Assembly: GCA_020628165.1 (NCBI GenBank)
Contig: JAHDFM010000019.1
Span: 10,395-74,394 of the forward strand
Direction: 5' to 3'
DNA length: 64,000 bases
Source of the DNA: Bdellovibrionales bacterium
GTDB lineage: Bacteria > Bdellovibrionota > Bdellovibrionia > Bdellovibrionales > UBA1609
The position numbers were made by a program, and so were the translations under genes. Below are positions 50,711-59,906 of this stretch, in pieces (position 1 is the stretch's first letter; every line of letters starts with the position of its first letter). Below the pieces are notes generated by a model, which made no database searches, was not told the origin of the DNA, and worked only from the letters and a program-made list of their open reading frames with translations.

Positions 50711-50878
50711 TTCATCTCCTAAATCATTAAAAACAATATAAATCTATATATTTACAAGTTTTATCCCATTTTAAAATGAGATACAATAGCAATTGTATAA
50801 AATAAAATGACTGTAAGAATATGATATCTTTAGCTTTTATGAAGGATGTTTGTTTTTATTTAGATAAGTTGATAATTT

Positions 50879-51448
50879 ATGAATATGCAAACAACTGCCT
50901 TTATAGAAACTCTTAGCTCAAAACATAAAGATAAGTTCTTAAGCTTTTCAGATTTATTCATTGGTAAAAATTACTTCAATGAGAATAATTTTAATAAACT
51001 GTTAGAACTGTCTACTTTACAAAATTTAACGGCTTCATTTGTTTTACTAGACACCAAGTCAGAAATCATAGGTGTGCGTGTGACCTATGTCCCCGGCAAA
51101 TGGATGAATGAAATCTCAATGACTCACCTAAAAAACATCAACGTCCAAAACAAAGAGATCGCATATTTCAAATCTTTATTTATCCACAAACAACATCAAG
51201 GAAAAGGCTACGGCCCAATGCTTACCAACAAATCAATGCAAGTTCTTAAACAAATGGGAGCGAAAGCCATCTTGACTCACTCTTGGCTTGAATCACCTAA
51301 CAACTCGTCAGTCAAATACTTAGAAAACATGGGTTTTCAACAACTAGGACTTGTCAAAAACTTCTGGATAGACTTTGACTACACCTGCAGTGGCTGTGGT
51401 TTACAAAATTGCACATGCACAGCGGTTGAGATGATTCTTATGCTATAA
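50879..51448 (+). CDS. GNAT acetyltransferase with C-terminal CxxC...CxC
   Basis: HQGKGYG motif A, MGF, CSGCGLQNCTC. Confidence 0.85.
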   Translation: MNMQTTAFIETLSSKHKDKFLSFSDLFIGKNYFNENNFNKLLELSTLQNLTASFVLLDTKSEIIGVRVTYVPGKWMNEISMTHLKNINVQNKEIAYFKSLFIHKQHQGKGYGPMLTNKSMQVLKQMGAKAILTHSWLESPNNSSVKYLENMGFQQLGLVKNFWIDFDYTCSGCGLQNCTCTAVEMILML

Positions 51449-51612
51449 GCTCAGTTGACACTTCTTAACTTTGATTAAGATTCTCCATGCTTTTTTAGCT
51501 CAGCTGGACAAATCAACCATCTTTAATTTTAACTTCAAAAAACCTAGCCTACTGATTGAGATTCAACTAGGATCCTTTTATAAACTATTCACACAACTAT
51601 AAGGACTCATTT

Positions 51613-52671
51613 GTGAAAGAATTATTTGCAGACACCCATTTTCACTTAATTTCTCAACAAATCACAATGCTTATTTTTTACTTCTTAGGATATGTATTGG
51701 CTTCTTTTATTTTCAGTGGTGTCTTTGGTTGGGCTTTAGAAAAAATAACTCCAGTTAGATGGGGGCTTCATATTAAAAGATTCAAGCACCCTGTTGTTTT
51801 ATTGCTCTTACTCCCCGTTCTTTGGTTTCTGTTCACAAGGTTAGACCTAGCAAACAATTATAAGAAAGTCTCTTTGGCTTTATTAAAATCCGTTCTTTAT
51901 GTCAGCGTTTTTTGGATTCTGTATTCTGCTTCAAATTACTTATTCTCAGGTTTTCGCATCATCACTTCAAAGACTTCCTCAAAACTTGATGATCAGCTTT
52001 TGCCTGTGCTTGAAAAAATCACACGCTTCTTAATTTTAAGTTTAGGCTTTTTATTGATCTTACAGAGCTTTGGACTAAATGTATTTTCACTCATAGCAGG
52101 TTTAGGCTTAGGTGGACTAGCGCTTGCTCTCGCTGCTAAAGACACGGCCTCTAATTTTTTTGGCTCATTGATGATTCTTCTAGATCAGCCTTTTAACATT
52201 GGTGACTGGATCAAAACAGGAGAGATTGAAGGCACCGTTGAAGACATTGGCCTACGCTCCACACGTATACGTACATTTTATAATTCAGTAGTGGTCGTGC
52301 CAAATAGCGTGATCGCGATGAGCACCTTAGATAACTTAGGAGAACGCAAATACAGGCGCTTCAGACATATCATTGGCATCGAGTACGGAACTCCTGAAGC
52401 AAACGTAAAAGGTTTTATGTCAGAGCTCAAACAAACTATCAATGACAACCCTAAAACTTGGAATGAAAAAAATGAAGTTTCACTCAATCTGCTAGAAGAT
52501 AGTTCCATGGGAGTTCTCGTTTATGTTTTTTTCTCAGTCGAGGACTGGTCTGAAGAATTAGAGGAACGAGAAAAGCTCATTTTTAAAATCATGGAGCTTT
52601 CTAGTAAACACGATGCTAAATTAGCATTCCCTACACAAACTGTTTATTTGGCCAAAGATTCGCAACAATAA
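51613..52671 (+). CDS. Small-conductance mechanosensitive channel (MscS family)
   Basis: GLGLGGLALALAAKD, PFNIGDWI, GLRSTRIR, VPNS, AFP. Confidence 0.93.
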   Translation: MKELFADTHFHLISQQITMLIFYFLGYVLASFIFSGVFGWALEKITPVRWGLHIKRFKHPVVLLLLLPVLWFLFTRLDLANNYKKVSLALLKSVLYVSVFWILYSASNYLFSGFRIITSKTSSKLDDQLLPVLEKITRFLILSLGFLLILQSFGLNVFSLIAGLGLGGLALALAAKDTASNFFGSLMILLDQPFNIGDWIKTGEIEGTVEDIGLRSTRIRTFYNSVVVVPNSVIAMSTLDNLGERKYRRFRHIIGIEYGTPEANVKGFMSELKQTINDNPKTWNEKNEVSLNLLEDSSMGVLVYVFFSVEDWSEELEEREKLIFKIMELSSKHDAKLAFPTQTVYLAKDSQQ

Positions 52672-52728
52672 CTACCAACCTATTATTTTACTAATGGTGG
52701 TAGCCAGTAGAAAAAAGGTACTTTTTAC

Positions 52729-53430
52729 TTAGTTTGGGATTTTGAACAATTTATGACTGTCTTTTATATCGGCTACTTTTTCACCATTTACTGAGTACCA
52801 AGAGGCTTCACATCCCCCCACTTGCAAGACCTTTGATTTTTCTAGGTTTAAATCAACTATTTCACACCCTTTAAATTCATACTCTGCAATTTCACCATCT
52901 GATTGGTTAACTTGTGCAATAACATTTACTTTTACTTGATGAAGAGAGCTCTGGTTGGTTAGCAATGAGGTTATACGAATACTTTCTTCATCCAAACCAC
53001 TAACTTCAGGAGTTCTAATAGACCGTTTTACAAAAACAACATCAGAACTTAAGGTTCTGTTTACATCGTCTCTATAAATTTCAATTTCAGCTTTATTATC
53101 CACAGTGGTAAACTCTTGAGTGCAACCTTTTTTTATTGCAATTTTTTGGACACCATACTCGTACCCCAATCGATAGTCTTCCTTTTGTGCATCATTTTTA
53201 ACAATAGCAATCCACTGACTCATAAAATTTTCTACCTCTGCTCTAGATACATAACTTGAATGAGATAGAACAAATTGATTTAAATCAGTTCCATTTAACA
53301 CGTTAGCAAGATCCACTGCCTGTTCAGCGTTTTGGCCAGGATCACAAACCGATTCACTCACAGGGCTTGCGTACAGACTGAAAGTTAAAACAAAATAAAA
53401 TAATGGTATTAACATAATTTTCATAAACAA
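52729..53430 (-). CDS. Secreted hypothetical protein
   Basis: Signal peptide ending SLYA, 233 aa. Confidence 0.65.
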   Translation of the reverse strand: MFMKIMLIPLFYFVLTFSLYASPVSESVCDPGQNAEQAVDLANVLNGTDLNQFVLSHSSYVSRAEVENFMSQWIAIVKNDAQKEDYRLGYEYGVQKIAIKKGCTQEFTTVDNKAEIEIYRDDVNRTLSSDVVFVKRSIRTPEVSGLDEESIRITSLLTNQSSLHQVKVNVIAQVNQSDGEIAEYEFKGCEIVDLNLEKSKVLQVGGCEASWYSVNGEKVADIKDSHKLFKIPN

Positions 53431-53719
53431 TATCCTTGTACAAGTTTGTGTCTAATCGTTCTTTTACTCTCTACATCAGCAACTAAGACGTTTATTCTTT
53501 TAAAATAAAGACTATATATTTTTATGAAATATAACATGTTTTTAGTTTAAAGATCTCTTCATTGAAAAAAAGTTAAGGTGTCTAATATTTTGACAGAAAA
53601 AATCAAAGCTTAAAAAAATAATATTCAATAAGTAATACTCACTGAATGAAAAAACATATACTTGGAATCACTATAATTTTTTTAACTAAACACGATACAA
53701 AAAGAGTGAGGACATTTTA

Positions 53720-55309
53720 TTAATCTTGAGCTAACTCGTTCAAGTACTCCTCAATATTGAGGTAGCCATCACCGTCAAGATCTTCATTGCCATCTTTTGG
53801 ATTGTTTTTGTTCAACCCGACTCTGTCTTCCCAATCATCAGGCAAGCCATCGTTGTCTGAATCAGTTGGTGGGGCTGTACTTTTATACTCCGGCCAGCCA
53901 TTAACGACATTTTGATGGTTAATGATAGAGCCAGTTCTATCTTTGACTGAGTCAATCGCCCTTTGATCGGGACCATCTCTTTTGGGTAAATAAGCACCTG
54001 CAAATTTTAGGAGCTCATTCTTAACCAAATTAGTAGGCATCATTGTGACTACAAAGCTCGATGTTGTCACCGGCTTTGTGCTTTGCATACTTTGTGGAGC
54101 TTGCACTGTTAAATAATCAGATCCAACTTCAGCTCTACCATCACCAATAATATCCCATTCTAGCTGACGACTTTGAGTTCTTTGCTGACTATAATTATCT
54201 TTTAAGAAAATCAGAGGTGATAATGGGAAGCTATTAAATACAGCCACTGGGTATCTAGAGATATTACTGTTTGCACCAGATTCATAAACATTGCCAATGA
54301 CATTGATCGCAAAACCGCCTTTTTGCCCACTGATTTCAAGTCCAGAGTTTTTCCAGTTATATACATAATTATTAATGAACTCAGCCACTCCGCTTTGAGC
54401 CGCAAACATAGCACTTCTCTCAATGTTGTGAACAAATAAATTATGGTGAACACTCACATTGCCTTTATCACCGCCAAAAAGAGCCCCTTTGCCATATGGC
54501 TTTCCCGCTTGATATTTTAACTCTGCAAGAGCTTCTGAAAATAGACTCCATTGAAAAGTTATATTTTCTGCCGCATACCAGGTGTCTATATTTTCATCCT
54601 CAGCCCATCCAAAGGAGCAGTGATCAAAAATAATATTCTTCGCTGTGCCACCGATACTAACACCATCACCACAACAACCAACAACATTTGAAGCTCCTGG
54701 ACGAACTCTCAAGAATCTAATGGTCACGTTGTTAGCTTCCACCATAATAATTGGGTTATTAAAGTTTGGATCTCGCCGAAGTGATATGCCATCACCTGGA
54801 GCGGTTTGTCCGGCAATGGTGATATTTGAGTTGGTGATTTTTAAAGATGATTTCACCGTGATAAGACCTGAAACTCTAAAAACAACAATTCTTGGACCAC
54901 TTTGTGAGATAGCCTCTCTTAAACTTCCGGGCCCAGAGTCATTTGTGTTAGTCACAAATATCACGCGACCTCCACGCCCTCCAGTAGAGGCTGCCCCGAA
55001 ACCCTCAGCACTTGGAAATGCTTTCAACGGAGTATTTCTTATATTAACTAGTAAACCTTCAAGTGCGCCAGGGTCTGGAACACTTGGGTCCATATTCTCT
55101 TCAGAGCCAGGTTCGTTTTCAGGACTGGGCTCTGTGATAGGAACATCGTTAATAGGATTTTCTATTTGTTCATCTTCGTTCAAATCACTCGTAGAAGGAT
55201 CCTTATTACTATTTGTAAAGTTAAAGAAACTTTTTTGCTTAGCAGAAAATGGACTGCAGTTTTGAAAGGAAAGAACAAGAACCACAAACCCTAATGTGTA
55301 TAATGTCAA
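53720..55309 (-). CDS. Pectate-lyase-like (PL1 beta-helix) lipoprotein
   Basis: FQNC signal, AFPSAEGFG..TGGRGG, IAGQTAPG, IIFDHCS, C-terminal DSDNDGLPDDWE and DGDGYLNIEEYLN. Confidence 0.85.
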   Translation of the reverse strand: MTLYTLGFVVLVLSFQNCSPFSAKQKSFFNFTNSNKDPSTSDLNEDEQIENPINDVPITEPSPENEPGSEENMDPSVPDPGALEGLLVNIRNTPLKAFPSAEGFGAASTGGRGGRVIFVTNTNDSGPGSLREAISQSGPRIVVFRVSGLITVKSSLKITNSNITIAGQTAPGDGISLRRDPNFNNPIIMVEANNVTIRFLRVRPGASNVVGCCGDGVSIGGTAKNIIFDHCSFGWAEDENIDTWYAAENITFQWSLFSEALAELKYQAGKPYGKGALFGGDKGNVSVHHNLFVHNIERSAMFAAQSGVAEFINNYVYNWKNSGLEISGQKGGFAINVIGNVYESGANSNISRYPVAVFNSFPLSPLIFLKDNYSQQRTQSRQLEWDIIGDGRAEVGSDYLTVQAPQSMQSTKPVTTSSFVVTMMPTNLVKNELLKFAGAYLPKRDGPDQRAIDSVKDRTGSIINHQNVVNGWPEYKSTAPPTDSDNDGLPDDWEDRVGLNKNNPKDGNEDLDGDGYLNIEEYLNELAQD

Positions 55310-55512
55310 TCTTACTAGTTTGATAACAACCCCTGCATATTAGACTTATATTGTCTCACGCTACGCATGATTCATGTTCATAAAAAATTAATTCAGAGAG
55401 CAAAAATCTCAATTTGAGTCATTTTTGTAAGTGCTAGAAATAAACTGTAATGTTCTTAATATATTTAAACATGACAACATTGAATCATGCTCTATCAAAT
55501 AGCCAATATCAG

Positions 55513-56742
55513 TTAAAGTTGATTGTACCATGAATTAACTTGTTCATCAGCTTTAATAGATTTTTGTGTCCAAGATTTTATGAAGAGGTTTTCTGGGTTA
55601 GTGATTCTACTTAAGGCGACGTAGGCCTGGCCGGGCTCCCATAAATTGGCAAGATCAACAAACAGTGTATCGAGAGTCATCCCCTGTGATTTATGAATCG
55701 TTGTTGCGTAAGCAAGGTCCATCGGGAAATTGGTGACACTGGCTACAGCATCGCCTTCGGCATTGTGTAAAGACAAACTGACTTTTTCGACTTTAACCAT
55801 ACGGCCATTGATCAGTTCTACTTTGATGCTTTCGTCTTCAATGGTTTGAACGATTCCTGAACTGCCATTGACCCACCTTTGTTTAGGGTCGTTGTTTTTC
55901 AACATTACAAGAGCACCAATTTTTAATTTAAGAACTTCTTTTAATGGCGACACACGCTTAAGAACATCAATGAATCTTTGTGGACCAGCATAGTCTGACG
56001 TGACTTCGATGAGATCTTCATTGATTTCGTCGAGCTTACGCAAATTAAATTTCTCAGCCTGATTTCTTCTTGGAAACAAACGTGTTCCAGTAAAGTCCTC
56101 CCCTGGATCGATGGTGCGATCATTTAAAAAATCTGAAACTAACTCTGTGACCTCGCCTTTTCTGACGGAATTTAAAACCTGTAAGAAGTCTTGATTTTCC
56201 GTCCTCATGTTTTGCTTTAAAGACACAACCTGAAAGTGTGAAGATTGCCAAACTTTACTTTGAAACACCCATTTTCTAGGCCCATATTTTTGCACAGGCG
56301 GCAACTGGGCAAAGTCTCCCACAGCTATCACACGCAAACCACCCCATGGCTCAAGGTCTTTGCCTCTTGCCAAGCGACAGATTTGTTCAGCCGCAATAAA
56401 GGTGTCTTCAGAAATCATCGAGACCTCATCCAAAACAAAGCCTTTGATTTTATTTATTCTTCGAATCACTTTTTTATCTTTGAGCGCTTTGCGAACCGTT
56501 TTTTCAATTCCCCCTTCCATGATGCCTAAACCCATAAAACTGTGAAAAGTTCGCCCTCCAATTAACACGGCAGCAGCACCAGTGCTTGCCAAAATGGGAA
56601 ATTCTTTCGGATTGTGATCTTTCATATAGTGTTCAATGAGAAAACTCTTACCACTTCCGGCTTCGCCGGTGAGAAATACGTTGCTATTGGAGCACAAAGC
56701 AGCAAGTGCACTGAACTGAGAAGAGGTGAATTCTAATGCCAT
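55513..56742 (-). CDS. Pif1/RecD-like SF1B DNA helicase
   Basis: GEAGSGKS, DEVSM, GDFAQLPPV, TIHKSQG, GQAYVALSR. Confidence 0.92.
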   Translation of the reverse strand: MALEFTSSQFSALAALCSNSNVFLTGEAGSGKSFLIEHYMKDHNPKEFPILASTGAAAVLIGGRTFHSFMGLGIMEGGIEKTVRKALKDKKVIRRINKIKGFVLDEVSMISEDTFIAAEQICRLARGKDLEPWGGLRVIAVGDFAQLPPVQKYGPRKWVFQSKVWQSSHFQVVSLKQNMRTENQDFLQVLNSVRKGEVTELVSDFLNDRTIDPGEDFTGTRLFPRRNQAEKFNLRKLDEINEDLIEVTSDYAGPQRFIDVLKRVSPLKEVLKLKIGALVMLKNNDPKQRWVNGSSGIVQTIEDESIKVELINGRMVKVEKVSLSLHNAEGDAVASVTNFPMDLAYATTIHKSQGMTLDTLFVDLANLWEPGQAYVALSRITNPENLFIKSWTQKSIKADEQVNSWYNQL

Positions 56743-56885
56743 AATATCCTAATAATTTTAAGGTTTTATCGTGAAGATAACTCTATTTTAATCAAGTTTA
56801 ATAAGTTGTACAATCTACGACTCAATGTTAAATTTTAATACCTATTACAGCTTGGTACACCCAAGTAACAAACAAAGGGAACAAC

Positions 56886-57248
56886 ATGTCTCAACATATT
56901 GAATTTGAAAGTAAAACTGTAAACCCTGATAACGAAGGCGTTTATGACATCACACCCGATGAACTCCTTGCTAAAAAAGACCTTGTTAACTTAGTAGACG
57001 TGCGCGGAGAAGATGAATACACAGGAGAACTCGGACACATACCAGGAGCTAAACTTTTATTACTGAATCAGCTGCCTATGCGAATTTCTGAAATTGAACA
57101 AGATAAAACCACCGTATTTATTTGTCGGAGTGGTGGCCGCTCTGGAAGAGCGACTCATTTTGCCAAAGAAAATGGGTTCACATCTGTTTACAACCTTAAG
57201 GGTGGCATGCTGCTTTGGAATGAGAAAAACCTACCAATAGAAAAGTGA
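56886..57248 (+). CDS. Rhodanese domain protein
   Basis: VDVR, GHIPGA, CRSGGRS, LKGGM. Confidence 0.92.
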   Translation: MSQHIEFESKTVNPDNEGVYDITPDELLAKKDLVNLVDVRGEDEYTGELGHIPGAKLLLLNQLPMRISEIEQDKTTVFICRSGGRSGRATHFAKENGFTSVYNLKGGMLLWNEKNLPIEK

Positions 57249-57255
57249 TCTAATT

Positions 57256-58626
57256 ATGAAAAATAAAGTTTTTGCCAACAGAACATTGAATCTCAAAAAA
57301 ATTAAGTACATCGGTCTCGACATGGATCACACTTTGATCCGTTACAAAACCGAGAACTTTGAACGCCTTGCTCACAGGGTGATGGTGCAAAAACTCGTCA
57401 ACAACTTAGATTATCCAAAATCAATTTTAAATTTAAAATTTGAATACAATCGCTCTATCAGAGGTTTGGTCATTGACAAAGTGGCAGGCAACTTACTTAA
57501 GCTCTCTCGCTTTGGTGGCATAAAACATTGCTACCACGGCCTAAAAGAGATTGAGTATTCAAAACGTAAAAAGTTATTTGCCGATACATTTATTGATATC
57601 AGTGATCCTAATTTCGACACCATTGATACAAACTTTTCTATTTCATTTGCTAATTTATTTTCACAGCTTGTGGAGCTCAAAGACACCACAGAAATTCACA
57701 AGCTTCCAGAATACAACCAAATTGCCGACGACATAGCCTCTGCCTTAGATACTGCCCACCAAGATGGCAGCCTAAAAGATGTTGTGCGTGAAAACTTATC
57801 GGATTATATCATTCAAGATGAGAGTGTTGTTCGCGACATTGAAAAGTTCATTAAGCACGGAAAAAAAATATTTATACTCACCAACTCTGAGTACCCTTAT
57901 ACAAAGCTGCTTCTTGATTATGCTATCAACCCGTATTTGAAAGATCATTCCTCTTGGATGGACTTGTTTGAGTTCACCATCACAGGCTCTAGAAAACCAC
58001 GCTTTTTTTATGACAGCCTTCGCTTTATGAAGATTGATACAGAAACAGGACAGATGACCAATTTAAAATCTAAACTCACACCAGGAGTTTACCAAGGTGG
58101 ATCTGCAAAGGTTTTTACTGATGATCTCAATTTAGACCCAGGTCATATACTTTACATTGGTGACCACATTTACGGTGATGTTGTTCGCCTCAAGAAAGAT
58201 TGTGCCTGGAGAACTGCTTTAATCTTAGAAGAGCTCGAAGACGAAGTTAACAATAATGAAAAATCTGAAGCCATCAACAAAGAGATTGAAAGTTTGATGA
58301 GCCAAAAAATCCCCGTTGAAAAAGAAATCGATCGTTTAATTTCTGATGAGATTGAAAACAACCACAAAAACAACAAAGAAAAGATCAATCAACTGCTCAG
58401 TCAAATCAACGAGCTCGATCAAAAAATCTCACCTCTCATTGAAAAGATTCAAAAGCTCTACAATCCCTACTGGGGCGAGATCATGCGCACTGGTATTGAA
58501 GAGAGCTACTTCGGCTATCAAGTAGAACGCTTTGCAGATATCTACATGGCCAAGATCGGTGATTTCTTTGCTGAATCGCCAAGGTCGTACTATCGCAGTC
58601 AAAAAAGGTTGATGGCTCACGATTAA
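57256..58626 (+). CDS. HAD-superfamily IG 5'-nucleotidase (cN-II type)
   Basis: DMDHTL, LTNS, RKPRFF, YIGDHIYGD. Confidence 0.92.
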   Translation: MKNKVFANRTLNLKKIKYIGLDMDHTLIRYKTENFERLAHRVMVQKLVNNLDYPKSILNLKFEYNRSIRGLVIDKVAGNLLKLSRFGGIKHCYHGLKEIEYSKRKKLFADTFIDISDPNFDTIDTNFSISFANLFSQLVELKDTTEIHKLPEYNQIADDIASALDTAHQDGSLKDVVRENLSDYIIQDESVVRDIEKFIKHGKKIFILTNSEYPYTKLLLDYAINPYLKDHSSWMDLFEFTITGSRKPRFFYDSLRFMKIDTETGQMTNLKSKLTPGVYQGGSAKVFTDDLNLDPGHILYIGDHIYGDVVRLKKDCAWRTALILEELEDEVNNNEKSEAINKEIESLMSQKIPVEKEIDRLISDEIENNHKNNKEKINQLLSQINELDQKISPLIEKIQKLYNPYWGEIMRTGIEESYFGYQVERFADIYMAKIGDFFAESPRSYYRSQKRLMAHD

Positions 58627-58809
58627 ATATCAGTAATTATTCATCAAAATATTAATTTTAAAAATTTAAAGCTTGTCTAGTAAAGTGTCTAACTTGTTGA
58701 CAGGCATGTTATTTTTTAACTTAATTTCAATCACTATATAATTTCAAATAATATCTGATAAATTCTTATTTAATTTTAAAATTAAAGAATACATGGAGAC
58801 CCAGAAATT

Positions 58810-59859
58810 ATGAAGAATAGTAAACTTTATATAAAAATGTTTATTGTACTAAACATTGCCCTAGTTATTGGCTTAGCTCAGGCAACAAGTTACACCACGA
58901 TTTTAAGCCAAACTCGTCAACTCCTGCTATGGCCGACTAAGTTTGGTGGCACTAATGTTACAGGAGCTCAAGTTTTTAACGTTTTAAAGGACAAGGTGTT
59001 TCCGCCAGGTTTATCTATAACTTCTAGACTTAAGGATGATGTCATTTATGCTATTAATCAACCGATTGGAACTTTTAAAAACTTGTCGCCATTTTCTGTA
59101 GAAGCTGAGAGACCTCTAATAAATTTATCTATTTTTAGTAGAATCGCTCCCGATTACACAACTGACATCAGCTCAGACCTTGTAGGGCTTAGATTCACAG
59201 CTCTAATTTTTAAAGATATGACAGAAAGAGTGACCGCTGTTGGTGGGAACGCTAAAGATTTTCTTAGCCAATCACTCCCAAGAGTTTCAACTTTATGGGA
59301 TGAAGCTGCCAATAAAGGCTACTTAACTGGATCAGATGATATTATGAAGTCTGCAGAAGACTTTTATGCTGTGCTCGCAAGAACTTCCAACAGAGGGATG
59401 TCTAGGCACCTTCGTATATATTTGAAAGATTTAGGTGATCTTAGTTCCAGTGATGTTGGAAACTTCATCAAAAGTGTTAACGCCTTAAAAGATGAAATGG
59501 CTCAGTACATTGCTGATGACCCTAATCTAGCTCAAAGAGTCTTAGGCTCTTTTCATATGAACCCAGCTAGTTTAATTCCAGGTTCGAAGACTATGGCTGA
59601 AAATATATTAAAAAAGTTAGATCTCTCCAAATTAACCCAACTTGACGACGGTTTTATAGATAATTTAGTTAGAATGGCTTATTTAAATCCAACCACTCGC
59701 GGTGCACCTAGAGTTTTTCACCTAAATAAAGTTGTTAGACAAGCTGTAAGAATGTCACAAAATGGCAACAATCAAATGTTACAGAAACTCATGGATGCTT
59801 CAAAAGATCATGATTTAGTAGCTCGTTCTTTGGAAAGAATTGTCACAGTAACTAGGTAA
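58810..59859 (+). CDS. Secreted hypothetical protein
   Basis: GGAG RBS, signal peptide ending AQA, 349 aa. Confidence 0.7.
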   Translation: MKNSKLYIKMFIVLNIALVIGLAQATSYTTILSQTRQLLLWPTKFGGTNVTGAQVFNVLKDKVFPPGLSITSRLKDDVIYAINQPIGTFKNLSPFSVEAERPLINLSIFSRIAPDYTTDISSDLVGLRFTALIFKDMTERVTAVGGNAKDFLSQSLPRVSTLWDEAANKGYLTGSDDIMKSAEDFYAVLARTSNRGMSRHLRIYLKDLGDLSSSDVGNFIKSVNALKDEMAQYIADDPNLAQRVLGSFHMNPASLIPGSKTMAENILKKLDLSKLTQLDDGFIDNLVRMAYLNPTTRGAPRVFHLNKVVRQAVRMSQNGNNQMLQKLMDASKDHDLVARSLERIVTVTR

Positions 59860-59906
59860 CTACAATTTACTTATTAAAAATATATTTTATACTAATCACG
59901 TCAGCA

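Noticed and set aside
51490-51570. TAGCTCAGCTGG resembling a tRNA D-arm
   Set aside because: No acceptor stem, anticodon arm or GTTCRA T-loop at the right spacing.
54645-55265. 206-aa ORF and the many other antisense or alternate-frame ORFs in the track (e.g. 32895..33401, 36397..36858, 63356..63637)
   Set aside because: They lie within well-supported genes and are shadows of their codon structure.
55513-56742. Pif1-like helicase as part of a defence or mobile system
   Set aside because: Stand-alone gene among housekeeping neighbours, with no nuclease or mobility genes.
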